64,000 bases of DNA from an uncultured virus (IMG/VR IMGVR_UViG_3300044641_008909) (IMGVR_UViG_3300044641_008909), one strand, 5' to 3'; positions 1-10,945 are shown, numbered from the stretch's first letter. The notes: generated from the letters alone by a model not told the origin. Program-made: numbers and translations.

Positions 1-960
1 AGCAACACCAGCAACACCAGCAACACCAGCAACACCAGCAACACCAGCAACACCAGCAACACCAGCAACACCAGCAACACCAGCAACACCAGCAACACCG
101 CATACGCCGCAGGCTGCTCCGTATACACCAGCAACACCAGCAACACCAGCAACACCAGCAACACCAGCAACACCAGCAACACCAGCAGGACCAGCAACAC
201 CAGCAACACCAGCAGGACCAGCAACGCCAAGCTTTACACCAGCAGGACCAGCAACACCAAGCTTTACACCAGCAGGACCAGCAACACCAAGCTTTACACC
301 AGCAGGACCAGCAACACCAAGCTTTACACCATCAACACCATCAACACCAGCAACACCAGCAACACCATCAACACCAGCAACACCATCAACACCAGCAACA
401 CCAGCAACACCAGTATGTGGCAGTTGTTTTTGGCAGTGGTTTCAAGCGGGTGGTTTTTCTTATTGGCTATTGATAAACAACTCATGCACGACAGAATGCT
501 GGTGCGAGAATGCACAACCCACATATTCAGGCGATTATATAGGTCAGGAAGCAACAACTAGTTGCGTATCAAGAACAACACCTACACCATCAGCTACACC
601 AGCAACACCAAGCTTTACACCAGCAACACCAAGCTTTACACCAGCAGCAGGACCAACAACACCAAGCTTTACACCAGCAGCAGGACCAACAACACCAAGC
701 TTTACACCAGCAGCAGGACCAACAACACCAAGCTTTACACCAGCAGGACCAACAACACCAAGCTTTACACCAGCAGGACCAACAACACCAAGCTTTACAC
801 CAGCAACACCAAGCTTTACACCAGCTACACCAGCAGTAGGACCAGCAACACCAGCAGTAGGACCAGCAACACCAGCAGCAACACCAGCAGCAACACCAGC
901 AGTAGGACCAGCAACACCAGCAGTAGGACCAGCAACACCAGCAGTAGGACCAGCAACGCC
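1..960 (+). repeat. Coding tandem repeats (9-bp ACACCAGCA = TPA; 30-33-bp TPSFTPA(A)GPT; PAVGPAT), interrupted by a Cys-rich module at about 413-565
   Basis: Directly visible tandem units, all in frame. Confidence 0.95.
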
Positions 961-3259
961 TACAGTAACGCCAATTCCAGTTCCTGCACCTATTCCCGTT
1001 CCAACACCTGCACCGACACCGACTCCAATACCAAGTCCGATTGCACCTACGACACCAATAGCAGGACCAGCAACACCATTACCGCCTATTGTTCCTGTAG
1101 CACCAGTTGCTCCAGAAGTAAGTGCAGTTTTACCAGCTATTAACTTCCCAACACAATATGATAGCGATGCTAATCTTTATGCTACAAAAGATAGTTTGAG
1201 ATTAATGTTGGCGCAAGATTACAATCTTGGTGACATATCAGTTGTGGTTGAGAACAATCCAATTATGATGGCTTTGTTCCCTGATGCAGGGATTATAACT
1301 TTAACAGAAAACTGTAGTGAACCTGAATTTAGAGCAATTTCTTTCTATTACACATCAAAAACAAACACTACATTTGAAGGAATTAAACTTTTAGATGAAT
1401 TTGTTGATTCCTACAAACCTAAAAATGTAACCAATGTCACATTGAATGTTGTTGCTCAACACCATAATGCTGTTAAAAACGCATTAAAAACAATTCAGAA
1501 TTATGTTGGTGTTGCTAATCAAATTGCTACTAAACCTCTGGTTGGTACGATTGAACAGAGAATTAATTACATTAGAAGTATTGCTTATAATCCAAAACCT
1601 TGGTTTAACGCAAACGCAACAGTAGGAATTGTTCCTTTAGAAGTTTATTTTACAGATTTAAGTTTTAATTCTGGAAAAGAATTACGGGGAAATGATATAA
1701 CTTACACATGGGATTTTGGAGATGGTTCAACAAAAGTTATTAATTATTCCACCAAAAACTCTTCAGCTGATGTAACGCACACATATCAAAATCCGGGAAT
1801 TTATACTGTAACATTAACTGTTACCAATGAATTTGGCACAAATGTTTCAGAATTCCCAGATTATATCAATGCAAGATATGAAGCTCCAGATTTTGCAACA
1901 ATTGTTCCAGAATTAAACACTTATCAAATAGAAATAAATGGACAAGTAAAGACACCAAACAATATTAATCTTTACGTTGTAGTTACAGACAATGGAGAAA
2001 ACGCAATTGATCCAGTGACAGAATACAATTGGATACTAAGCGATGTTCTTTCTCACCCAAATAATTCTTACACAAATATAAGTTATCCTATTGGTGGAGT
2101 CTATGATCTAGTTCTTCAATGCTTGACAGAAAATGGTTCTTATAGAATAACACAAAAAGCAAATTATATTAATGTAATAGAATTAAAGAACTATTATTTG
2201 TTTACTTATGGAGCCAATTCAAATTATATTTACGCAAACGAATTTGGTCTTTTAAGTCACACATTTAAAACAACACAATCTACTGGTCAAGAAGTTTTCA
2301 TTAATGATAATTTCTTGCAAGGCACAGAAAATGACACTCAAGCAATTAGAGAATTTTCTAGAAATAGTTTTTCTACACTTAATAGTGTTTATTCAAGTGG
2401 TTATGGTGGCAGTCTTCTGTTGAATTATGCGACAGGTAGAGATGCCGTTGATCCTGTTAGTTTAGAAAAGATAATTTCTATAAATTATAATGCATTTAAT
2501 GAAACTTATAATGCATTTAATGCAACATACAGACCTTGGAACTGGATAGCTTATGGCTTTGAAAATAATATTTATTATCTATTTGGCAATCCATTAACTC
2601 AACCTGCTGGTCTTTCTTTGACAAATCAACAGATTCTTCAACATGATTTGATATCAAATTCATATTCAACATCAACAATATCAGGGATTCAGTACTTAGG
2701 TTCTTCTGGAGAATTGAAACAAAATCCATCACAATTTGATGATGGAACAAGTCTTTATGGTTATTTCTCAGTATACAGAACTGCATTTAATGGCAGAAAT
2801 GGTTATATTCTTAGGAACAGTGGTATTGGAGATTTCTTTAAAATAAATAGTTTCTATAAAACAAAAGAAGATGGTGTTAACCTTATTTATTACTTTGAAA
2901 AATTAGCTGATATTGCTGGACCAGAAAAATTAGAAGGCGGTCTTGTTAATCTTTCATCTGGTTTGTACTTCTTTAATAACACAGGAAGTGTTTCAGCTTA
3001 TAATCCAAACAATGCTGTTTGGCAAACTGGTGGTCCGGGTATCAATTCACTTGCATTCAAAGGAATGCAAGATACTACCAAGCCAGATTATAATAATCCA
3101 GCAAATACTCTTGTTGCATGTTCTGATAATGACCACATAGCATATGTTAGCTTTGACTACACAGACAATTCATTCATTCAGTTTAGTGATATAACTTTAA
3201 CATTCAGTAGATTGCCAAAAAGGGTAAATTCTTCTCAATGGCATAGTAATATATTTTAA
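2..3259 (+). CDS. Large putative virion surface protein (5'-partial): Thr/Pro/Ala repeats, Cys/Trp module, domain shared with next ORF, PKD domain(s)
   Basis: Frame of ORF 470..3259 is open back to base 2 (ATPATP...VCGSCFWQWFQAGG...), so the start lies upstream of the window; PKD motif YTWDFGDG...HTYQNPGIYTVTLTV. Confidence 0.75.
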   Translation, partial: ATPATPATPATPATPATPATPATPATPATPATPHTPQAAPYTPATPATPATPATPATPATPAGPATPATPAGPATPSFTPAGPATPSFTPAGPATPSFTPAGPATPSFTPSTPSTPATPATPSTPATPSTPATPATPVCGSCFWQWFQAGGFSYWLLINNSCTTECWCENAQPTYSGDYIGQEATTSCVSRTTPTPSATPATPSFTPATPSFTPAAGPTTPSFTPAAGPTTPSFTPAAGPTTPSFTPAGPTTPSFTPAGPTTPSFTPATPSFTPATPAVGPATPAVGPATPAATPAATPAVGPATPAVGPATPAVGPATPTVTPIPVPAPIPVPTPAPTPTPIPSPIAPTTPIAGPATPLPPIVPVAPVAPEVSAVLPAINFPTQYDSDANLYATKDSLRLMLAQDYNLGDISVVVENNPIMMALFPDAGIITLTENCSEPEFRAISFYYTSKTNTTFEGIKLLDEFVDSYKPKNVTNVTLNVVAQHHNAVKNALKTIQNYVGVANQIATKPLVGTIEQRINYIRSIAYNPKPWFNANATVGIVPLEVYFTDLSFNSGKELRGNDITYTWDFGDGSTKVINYSTKNSSADVTHTYQNPGIYTVTLTVTNEFGTNVSEFPDYINARYEAPDFATIVPELNTYQIEINGQVKTPNNINLYVVVTDNGENAIDPVTEYNWILSDVLSHPNNSYTNISYPIGGVYDLVLQCLTENGSYRITQKANYINVIELKNYYLFTYGANSNYIYANEFGLLSHTFKTTQSTGQEVFINDNFLQGTENDTQAIREFSRNSFSTLNSVYSSGYGGSLLLNYATGRDAVDPVSLEKIISINYNAFNETYNAFNATYRPWNWIAYGFENNIYYLFGNPLTQPAGLSLTNQQILQHDLISNSYSTSTISGIQYLGSSGELKQNPSQFDDGTSLYGYFSVYRTAFNGRNGYILRNSGIGDFFKINSFYKTKEDGVNLIYYFEKLADIAGPEKLEGGLVNLSSGLYFFNNTGSVSAYNPNNAVWQTGGPGINSLAFKGMQDTTKPDYNNPANTLVACSDNDHIAYVSFDYTDNSFIQFSDITLTFSRLPKRVNSSQWHSNIF

Positions 3260-3292
3260 ATTAAACTAAATATTAATAGGTAGGGCATAAAA

Positions 3293-6200
3293 TTGAAGCA
3301 AGTATTTCCGCCAACGTCACAATATCCTCAGAACTATGATTCTGATTATACACTCCTTAACGTATACAACACAACTGAAAGTATACTAACAAAATCAGCA
3401 GAACAATTTGATACAACATTGTATATCAAACCTGTTGATGCTGATAAACCAGAAGTTTGGGCAGATAATGGATACGCCACAATATCTGGTGAAGTTCTTT
3501 ATTACGAAAATGTAAGCAAAGACCAATATACAAGTAAAGTGAATGGTTTGTTGAATTGTTTGCGTAATATTGGTGGAAAGTCTTCCAAGTTTAATGCTGC
3601 TGGTACAGATATTCGTGGATTTGTGATGGCAGAACATCACAATCAGCTTGCCAGAGCGATTGTAAACACTGAAAATTTTATTGGTTATACGGAGAATCCA
3701 GATCAAGCTACTGTTGACTGGAGAGTTAGAAATTTAGCAGGTTTACCGCAAATAGGAGATGACTCTGGTTGTCCTGATGTAACATTTTATTATACTACTA
3801 TTTCTTCGAGTCCAGTTACTGGAACTGAAATATCATATGAAATTATAATCAATGGAAATATTAATAGTTTTATTTTAGATTTTGGTGATGGTACATCTGA
3901 TGCAAACAGTTTAATTGGCACTCATATTTATCCACCAAACTTTGTTGTTGATCCAGTTTTAACGGTAGTTAATCAAAATTGTTCTACAGTTGTATCTGGC
4001 ATAGTAAGAAACAATGTTGGTGGCGCTGGAAATTTAATTGATGCTAGAACTCCTGCAACTGTTCCTACTTTACCTATTCCAACTGCTTTGACTCCCGGTC
4101 CTTTTCCGATTGTTACGGCAAATTGTGATCCTGTTATTATTAACTTTCCTCCGATTGTATTTCCAAACTTTTTTGCTAATATTGGACCTATATTTATACC
4201 ATCAACTATTAATATAACTCCAGATCTTAATATTCCTTCAGTGATTACAGTAACTCCGTTTCCAAACATTCCTTCATTTATTTCTGTTAGTCCTTTCCCA
4301 AATATCCCAAGTTTGATAAGTGTTACGCCAATAACCATTGGTGGTAATGTTAATTTTGATTTTAATGATTGTTTTACAATAAGAACGGGTGGAATAAATA
4401 TTAGGTCAAATTGTACAGCAAATCCTTATCCAGCTAATTTTACTATTGCAGGATCTTTATGTAATGGAACGCCATCAATAAGTAAAATGACAGTGGAAAT
4501 TGAATCTTTAAAAATTTTCAAACCAAGTAAAAGATTAGGTGATGTAAGAATATTAGTGGTTGGACCAGACGGAACAGCTGTATTATTATTAGCAATTGGC
4601 GCAAACGCATATACTATTGCTGATTATGTTGATATAACATTTGATGATAGTAGTACAAATTATATATTACCTGTTAGTACTAACACTCCTTTGTTATCTG
4701 GAACTTATCATCCATCTCCAAATGGACATGAAAATATCAGTTTGCTTGCTCCTGCTCCACCTGCTCCATACAAAACAGGTTTATCTTCTTTTCAAAATAT
4801 TAATCCAGATGGACAATACGAGATGTATGTCCAAAAATTTAACAATGATACTGGATATGATACATGCGACCAAATTGGTATTATTGGTAGAGCTTTAATA
4901 AACATATGCGTTTCAGATAATATTTGTTTTGGTCCGACTGCTCCATCATCGCCAGCTTCTGCTCCGGTAGCTTCGCCATCATCGCCAATATTTAATCCCG
5001 GACCAGCGGCGGGACCGGCATCAGGACCAGCATCACCGGCATCAGGACCAATTCCACCGGGACCAGCTTTCCCACCAGTTCCAGCATCTCCCGGATTTTT
5101 ACCACCCGGACCTCCTAATCCAACAGCGCCATTAACTCCAAGTATTACACCAATATATCTTACTCCATCTTTTTATCCATATTATCCTTCAAACTGCAAA
5201 AATTGTATGTGTAGATACATTTTTGGAATTAATTCTTCAGGTATTGCTTCGTGGGCACAGGCAACTGGTAATAATGCTGGATGTAGGAAATATGGACAAC
5301 CTGCTGATGGTGCGTTTATTTATCAACCATGTGATGGAGATTGTGTATGTCGAGATGGATCGGAAATTCCAATTTCACCAATTCAATTTATTGGTGATAT
5401 AATCCATATTGGATGTAAATCTTATTGTGGTGAAAATTGTCTCTGGGAATGGAGTTCAATACTTGAAGAATGGATGCCTAAACAAATAGGCTGTTTTAAT
5501 GTTAGTTGTTCTTGCACACATCCAAAGAATCCCGGAACAACTGATGGTGAACTTGCTTCAACTGGTTGTTTTAAAGATCCCGGATGTCCTAACCAATGTG
5601 AATGGCAATATGATCCCGGACTTGGAACTCCTTGTCACCCAGATATACCAAATCCAAACTGGAGAAAAATTTCTAACTGTATTGGTAATTGTGAATGTTA
5701 TTGTTTAGAGGATTTACAAGCACCGACTCAACCGGGCGACTATCAAAGATTTACTGTATGTACTGAACATGATCCAACTAACGACTGCACTGATGTTCTA
5801 AGCGAAAAAAACGAGTGTTCTTGTCAGTGCCAATGGTCTGTACAAGACAATAGATGGTTTTCTATAAATACTTGTTGGAACTATGAAACTTTTGATAACG
5901 ACAAATGTATTTGTTGCGATGACTGTCCTGATGTTTGCATAACTTCTCCACCTCCTTCTAATAGAGGCATAAGTGGTCAGGTTGTTTACAGACCATGTAA
6001 AAAAGATCCTTCGTGTACACCAACTGCACCAACACCGCCTACACCTTCTGCTCCAGTAGGTAATTGTTTATCTTGTTTTTGTAGCAAAATATGTAGTGCT
6101 GGTATATGGGTTGCTACATCACCCTGTAATTTGTCACCACCCACTCCTTTAGGTTGTACTGCATCTTGTAATTGTCCCGGATTAGGTGAAGCGTGCCCGA

Positions 6201-6904
6201 CTGAGGGCGAAGAACAAAACGATATCAACTGTCAACCTGTACCATCCTTTGCATTCAACGCAACTGAAAGCAACATTTATTTTGCAGTAAAAGATCCTTT
6301 ATTAACCAACAACAAGTGTGAATGTTTGAGTATAAACATTGATAATGCTGGTCTTTATTTTGAAAACTTAGGATTATTTGACAATCTTAGAGATTGCAAT
6401 CGTTTTTGTGAAAAATCAAATTTACATTTGATAAAAGCTAAAGACAAAATGAAGAATGTTAATTTTGGAATCGAAGTTTACAATCAAAGCAAAAAAACAG
6501 AAATGAAATTTTTGAAATTGTCAGAATTGAATTCAAGTAAAGAAATTGAAAAAATTAATACTAATATAGAAGAAGCTACGCTCTTTACCCCAGTTGCTAA
6601 AGACAATGTTACAGAATCTGATTCTAAATCAATTAATATTGATAATATTCCTCAAATAGTAGAAATATATGAGGATTCTAAGAGTGAAAAAGAAGAAGTC
6701 AAAAACATAAATTTTGTTGAGAACGATTCAGTTACAGAAGAAATTAAGATAGAAAAAATTGATATTGAACCTGTTGTTAACCAAAGTGTAGTTAATATTG
6801 AGAACAATGTAACTCCAATAATTAATATGATTAAAGCAGAAACTGTATTTAACAAAATACAGGACTCAGAAAGGGAATCAACAGAATTCAATGATAGAAA
6901 ATAA
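3293..6904 (+). CDS. Large putative virion surface/adhesion protein: shared N-domain, PKD, proprotein-convertase P-domain-like, Pro linker, tandem Cys/Trp modules
   Basis: ILDFGDG PKD; GDVRILVVGPDGT...ITFDD...GTYHP...LSSFQNINPDGQYEMYV resembles a P-domain; repeated CxWxW...CxC...PG..C units; TAAATA at 3267-3272. Confidence 0.7.
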   Translation: MKQVFPPTSQYPQNYDSDYTLLNVYNTTESILTKSAEQFDTTLYIKPVDADKPEVWADNGYATISGEVLYYENVSKDQYTSKVNGLLNCLRNIGGKSSKFNAAGTDIRGFVMAEHHNQLARAIVNTENFIGYTENPDQATVDWRVRNLAGLPQIGDDSGCPDVTFYYTTISSSPVTGTEISYEIIINGNINSFILDFGDGTSDANSLIGTHIYPPNFVVDPVLTVVNQNCSTVVSGIVRNNVGGAGNLIDARTPATVPTLPIPTALTPGPFPIVTANCDPVIINFPPIVFPNFFANIGPIFIPSTINITPDLNIPSVITVTPFPNIPSFISVSPFPNIPSLISVTPITIGGNVNFDFNDCFTIRTGGINIRSNCTANPYPANFTIAGSLCNGTPSISKMTVEIESLKIFKPSKRLGDVRILVVGPDGTAVLLLAIGANAYTIADYVDITFDDSSTNYILPVSTNTPLLSGTYHPSPNGHENISLLAPAPPAPYKTGLSSFQNINPDGQYEMYVQKFNNDTGYDTCDQIGIIGRALINICVSDNICFGPTAPSSPASAPVASPSSPIFNPGPAAGPASGPASPASGPIPPGPAFPPVPASPGFLPPGPPNPTAPLTPSITPIYLTPSFYPYYPSNCKNCMCRYIFGINSSGIASWAQATGNNAGCRKYGQPADGAFIYQPCDGDCVCRDGSEIPISPIQFIGDIIHIGCKSYCGENCLWEWSSILEEWMPKQIGCFNVSCSCTHPKNPGTTDGELASTGCFKDPGCPNQCEWQYDPGLGTPCHPDIPNPNWRKISNCIGNCECYCLEDLQAPTQPGDYQRFTVCTEHDPTNDCTDVLSEKNECSCQCQWSVQDNRWFSINTCWNYETFDNDKCICCDDCPDVCITSPPPSNRGISGQVVYRPCKKDPSCTPTAPTPPTPSAPVGNCLSCFCSKICSAGIWVATSPCNLSPPTPLGCTASCNCPGLGEACPTEGEEQNDINCQPVPSFAFNATESNIYFAVKDPLLTNNKCECLSINIDNAGLYFENLGLFDNLRDCNRFCEKSNLHLIKAKDKMKNVNFGIEVYNQSKKTEMKFLKLSELNSSKEIEKINTNIEEATLFTPVAKDNVTESDSKSINIDNIPQIVEIYEDSKSEKEEVKNINFVENDSVTEEIKIEKIDIEPVVNQSVVNIENNVTPIINMIKAETVFNKIQDSERESTEFNDRK

Positions 6905-6905
6905 C

Positions 6906-7796
6906 ATGCAGAGTTACAAGAGTTTTAAAGTAAATCTGCCGAACAATAAAGAGAAAAATGTTACAATCAAATTGCATAAAAACAAGAATGATTATTATTT
7001 AACTGATGAAAACATTTGGGTAAGGAATTTTTTGAAACCAAATGTTGTGCCAAAAGACATTAATGGATTTTATGGCAAAGAAGAAGTGAAGACTCTTCTA
7101 GACAATGAAATGAAAAATCAAGAAATGCAAATGCTTGATTTTTTTAGTGAAACAATAATCCACAAAAAAATATTAATAATATCAGATGGATTTGGATTTT
7201 CTAATTCAACCGCATGGTTAGATCAATTGCCAAAAGATGTAAAAATTATCACAGTTTATGGTGCTAGCAGATTTTGGAAATCTAAAAGATTACCAGACTA
7301 TATGGTTTTTACTAATCCATTTGAAGATTCTTTAACCTGTCTGCCTGAAAGAATATTTCCATTCCTTATAGCAAGTTCAAGATCATGCAACAAATTTATT
7401 AAAAGATATCCAAACAAAATATTTAGATACAATACAACTCCAGATGAGAATTATGAAAGTCCAATTAGTCACAAAAGTGCTGATTATATTGATGAATACA
7501 GAAGTTCAATATCTGCTGCAATAATATTAGCATCTAAAATGAAATGTGAAAAATTATGCATTGCTTATCCAATAAATGCTTATGAAAAACAAAGACCGGG
7601 GACAGAGAAAATAGAAGATACAAATTTTCATTTCTATCCCCAACAGAAAATTGCAAAAAATATTATTGATGCAAATTTATTCTGGCAAAAACTTGGAAAT
7701 TCAAACACAAATATTTCTTACATTGGAATAAAAAATTCTTTGTTGTTTGCTAACTATATTGAACCAAACAATTTAGAAAAATTTTATGAACAATAA
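6906..7796 (+). CDS. DUF115/MAF-like (glycosyltransferase-associated) protein
   Basis: KKILIISDG...PDYMV...SSISAAIILASKMKCEKLCI resembles DUF115 motifs; start 6891 or 6906. Confidence 0.45.
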   Translation: MQSYKSFKVNLPNNKEKNVTIKLHKNKNDYYLTDENIWVRNFLKPNVVPKDINGFYGKEEVKTLLDNEMKNQEMQMLDFFSETIIHKKILIISDGFGFSNSTAWLDQLPKDVKIITVYGASRFWKSKRLPDYMVFTNPFEDSLTCLPERIFPFLIASSRSCNKFIKRYPNKIFRYNTTPDENYESPISHKSADYIDEYRSSISAAIILASKMKCEKLCIAYPINAYEKQRPGTEKIEDTNFHFYPQQKIAKNIIDANLFWQKLGNSNTNISYIGIKNSLLFANYIEPNNLEKFYEQ

Positions 7797-8064
7797 CAAA
7801 TTTGTTTACGATTTTAAGAAATGGCTAAAAGCTCAAAACGAGATCAATGAAAATAAAAAATTGATCGGTAATAGCGTTACAACAAATTTATCACTAAAAC
7901 ACTTTTGCGAAGTAGCAGATATCATAATTGGTAATTCATTAAAAATTGGAAAAGATTTTATCAAGAATGGTGGAACAGTAGAAGAGATTATCGAAAATCA
8001 AGTGTTAATTAAGTCTGCAAGAGGCAGATTTTATCTTAACATAAATGATATTATAGAAAACTAA
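7786..8064 (+). CDS. Hypothetical protein
   Basis: 92-aa ORF overlapping upstream stop, followed by hairpin. Confidence 0.7.
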   Translation: MNNNKFVYDFKKWLKAQNEINENKKLIGNSVTTNLSLKHFCEVADIIIGNSLKIGKDFIKNGGTVEEIIENQVLIKSARGRFYLNINDIIEN

Positions 8065-8065
8065 A

Positions 8066-8090
8066 CCACCTGCACTATTAGTGCAGGTGG
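8066..8090. terminator. Hairpin between convergent genes
   Basis: CCACCTGCACTA-T-TAGTGCAGGTGG inverted repeat. Confidence 0.6.
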
Positions 8091-8110
8091 CTACAAAATG
8101 AACAACACTT

Positions 8111-8638
8111 TTACTTCTGTGTAGTCATGTCTGAATTTGCTGGCTTCTTCTGCGGAGCAACTTCTGGTTTATTTTTAGCTTCAGCAGCTTTCTTAGCATC
8201 TACCTTAGCCGTGCATGCACCATCTTCTGTTGCTTTATGATATCCGTTTTCATAAGCAGCATCAACAAGTTGTTTGTGTGTTTCAGTGCCGTTATAATAT
8301 CCGGCATGCCAAATCTTGTTGTATTCGTTGTCTTCAGAAAGCTTAAGGTTATTGATAGCACTAATAATGCCATCAAGCCTGCCTTGCGATCTAGCACTTT
8401 CAATGTTTTGATCTCTTAAATCAGAAATCATTCTCATTGTGTTTTCTCTGAGCTGATCATCATTGATCCGTGCTCGTTCTCTTTCACATTCCATGAAAAA
8501 TTCTAATTTCCTGACATTGTTGTACTGATAAAAATTAACAGCACCCAAAGAGAAAATAACACCGAAAGCTACCAATGTCCAAACGTATCTAAGTCTCACA
8601 GCAACATCCTCCATGTGGGCGGCTTGAATCCAGTTCAT
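8111..8638 (-). CDS. Membrane-anchored hypothetical protein
   Basis: N-terminal hydrophobic helix, coiled coil, GY..G repeats. Confidence 0.7.
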   Translation of the reverse strand: MNWIQAAHMEDVAVRLRYVWTLVAFGVIFSLGAVNFYQYNNVRKLEFFMECERERARINDDQLRENTMRMISDLRDQNIESARSQGRLDGIISAINNLKLSEDNEYNKIWHAGYYNGTETHKQLVDAAYENGYHKATEDGACTAKVDAKKAAEAKNKPEVAPQKKPANSDMTTQK

Positions 8639-8821
8639 TACTGGTTAACTCATTTATAGCATGGATTATTAACAAATCAAGATCATTTTTTGCATAAAAC
8701 CTTAAAAAGTTCTTCAATCAAAATTTGACTGTAAATATCATTTGGTCCTAGACTTGCAGAAAACTTTTGCATAGCATCTAGAGAATCTTCAATTTTTGAC
8801 TTTTCATCTGGAGATGGATTT

Positions 8822-9142
8822 GTGACTGATTCTTCCACAATTAAAATCCTTTCAAAAATTACAAACAATTATTGCATATATCTATCTGTCTATAACTTAG
8901 AATATGCAATCCAATTAAATATATTACAAGAAAATATAAAAGAAAAATATCCTGAAATTAATTTTTACTTTGCTTTTACTAACAATGTAATAAAAGATTT
9001 AAAACTACCAAGTAATTTTATTAGTCTAGAAGAAATGGAAAAGAATAAAAATAATTTTGCCGTTTGTGAAGAAATTTATATCAACCCCAAAGGCAATGGA
9101 ATAAAAGATTATTTTGATAAAAATGATATAAAATTTAAATAA
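8822..9142 (+). CDS. Hypothetical protein
   Basis: 106-aa ORF, start uncertain. Confidence 0.5.
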   Translation: MTDSSTIKILSKITNNYCIYLSVYNLEYAIQLNILQENIKEKYPEINFYFAFTNNVIKDLKLPSNFISLEEMEKNKNNFAVCEEIYINPKGNGIKDYFDKNDIKFK

Positions 9143-9313
9143 TATAATAGTATTGTCAATTTTTTTAAGATACTAATAAAAATTTATTAGTATCTGCAAT
9201 AACTAATAATGGAAACTGTAGTGGATTATTTTTAAAAATGTTTCCAAAGCAGAAAAAAATATAGCTACGATTATATATATAGTAAGTAAATCTTCATATG
9301 AAGGAGTTTAAAA

Positions 9314-9922
9314 ATGAGTGTATTTCGAGTAAAATTAAATCAGGGAAATCAGGGCACTCTCGACATTGATCCAGCTACTGGTGTTGAGTTCTCCACTAGC
9401 GTTCAGCGCACTATGTTTGTAACTGGACCAAATGGCAAAATTCGTGAGATCGCTGACGGTACAACCTTCACCGATTGCAACTACTGGAAGCAATTTGCAG
9501 TTCCAGCTGTATCTGTTGATGATGCTTTCATCGAAGTTGTTACTGATGATGGTAGCGTTTACAGCGACATTGCTAGCGAAAATACCTATCCAGCAGTAAC
9601 AAACATCACCCTTACTTCTGGTAAGACTCTTGTTTCTTCTGGCAACATTATCGACATTGCTGGCGACACTGGCAGCTTTGCTTCCTTTATGCAGCTTACC
9701 AATGCTGGTGCTCTTGCTTCTGGTAACAATGCAATTGTTCAGCTTAACGGTAGTTCTGGCGCTATCTTTGTCCTTGAAGCTGGCAGCACTCAGGTATTCA
9801 ATGGTGGCGATATTTCTATCAATAGAGTCGCTGTTCAGCCTCAGATGTCTGGTGCAACAGGCGTATTTGGCACATTCAACATCGAAGCTCTTTATTCTGT
9901 TGTTTCTCAATGCAACAGCTAA
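9314..9922 (+). CDS. Probable highly expressed late/structural protein
   Basis: TATATA run at 9272-9281, AAGGAG SD, beta-rich sequence, own terminator. Confidence 0.65.
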   Translation: MSVFRVKLNQGNQGTLDIDPATGVEFSTSVQRTMFVTGPNGKIREIADGTTFTDCNYWKQFAVPAVSVDDAFIEVVTDDGSVYSDIASENTYPAVTNITLTSGKTLVSSGNIIDIAGDTGSFASFMQLTNAGALASGNNAIVQLNGSSGAIFVLEAGSTQVFNGGDISINRVAVQPQMSGATGVFGTFNIEALYSVVSQCNS

Positions 9923-9942
9923 CTTAATTATTAAAAATTAAT

Positions 9943-9985
9943 AAATAGTGCTTGCAATTTAAATTGCGAGCACTATTTTTATTTT
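9943..9985 (+). terminator. Intrinsic terminator
   Basis: AAATAGTGCTTGCAATTT/AAATTGCGAGCACTATTT stem followed by T-rich tract. Confidence 0.7.
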
Positions 9986-10945
9986 GTGAAACTAATTATT
10001 AAAATGCCTCCTAAAAAGGCACAAGGAATCAAACATTACAATAAAATAAAAAATAATATTTGCATTTTACGTTTATGTGGTGGATACGGCGACATTTTAA
10101 TGTCTAGAATGATATTTGAAGATCTAAAAAAGCAATATCCTGATTTTAAAATAACATATGCTCTACCTCAAGCTTATTTTCAAGTAATAAAAGATCATAA
10201 ATATATTGATGAAGTAATAGATCATAAAGACATTGATTATAATAATTATAGGCAAGTTTTTAATATAACACATCATTGCTCAAGACATGAAGCTTTCTAC
10301 AACAAAGAATGTGTTAAAAATCGCAGTGATATTTGGGCTGAATCATTTGGACTTACATTAGACAATCATAACATGCATTTACCTAGTTTAGAAAAAAATA
10401 GAGATTATATTTTTTCTTTATTTAAACAAGGTGGATATAAAGAAGGTCAAAAAATAATAGCATTTACACCATATAGCGCAGTCCCTACTAGACATATAAT
10501 GCAAAAACATCGTGAACTTGTAGAAAAAAGATTATTAGAAACTAATGCTTTCTGTTTTTATATGCATAATATTCCAACATTAGATCAATTAAAATTTCCA
10601 CTAATAGCATGTAGAAATTTTATTGAAGCAATGAGTATGATATATTTTTCAGACATGGTAATATCAACAGACACAGGTCATTTACATTGCGCTGGTGGAT
10701 ATAACAAACCTTTGCTAGGATTTTTTAATTACACAAATGGACATGTTGTTGGTAAACATTATAAAAACTTAACAGTTATTCAAAAAGATTCATCAAATGA
10801 TAAAAATTGGACATGCGGACCTTGTAATAACATGGGAAGATGTCCTTATCCTTTAATTGACAAACAATTAAAATGTTCAATAGAATTACCAATGGATATT
10901 GTAAACGATAAACTAAACTATTTTTTAAACAAATTTTGCGTTTAA
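9986..10945 (+). CDS. Glycosyltransferase family 9 (heptosyltransferase-like, GT-B)
   Basis: ICILRLCGGYGDILM and ISTDTGHLHCAGG motifs, C-terminal Cys cluster. Confidence 0.85.
   Translation: MKLIIKMPPKKAQGIKHYNKIKNNICILRLCGGYGDILMSRMIFEDLKKQYPDFKITYALPQAYFQVIKDHKYIDEVIDHKDIDYNNYRQVFNITHHCSRHEAFYNKECVKNRSDIWAESFGLTLDNHNMHLPSLEKNRDYIFSLFKQGGYKEGQKIIAFTPYSAVPTRHIMQKHRELVEKRLLETNAFCFYMHNIPTLDQLKFPLIACRNFIEAMSMIYFSDMVISTDTGHLHCAGGYNKPLLGFFNYTNGHVVGKHYKNLTVIQKDSSNDKNWTCGPCNNMGRCPYPLIDKQLKCSIELPMDIVNDKLNYFLNKFCV

Noticed and set aside
1..960. Repeat array as CRISPR
   Set aside because: Contiguous in-frame coding repeats with no unique spacers
324..1143. ORFs 324..557(-) and 562..1143(+)
   Set aside because: Shadow frames of the TPA repeats
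9335..9941. Antisense and alternate-frame ORFs over 9314..9922
   Set aside because: Codon-bias shadows; the main ORF has SD, promoter motif and terminator
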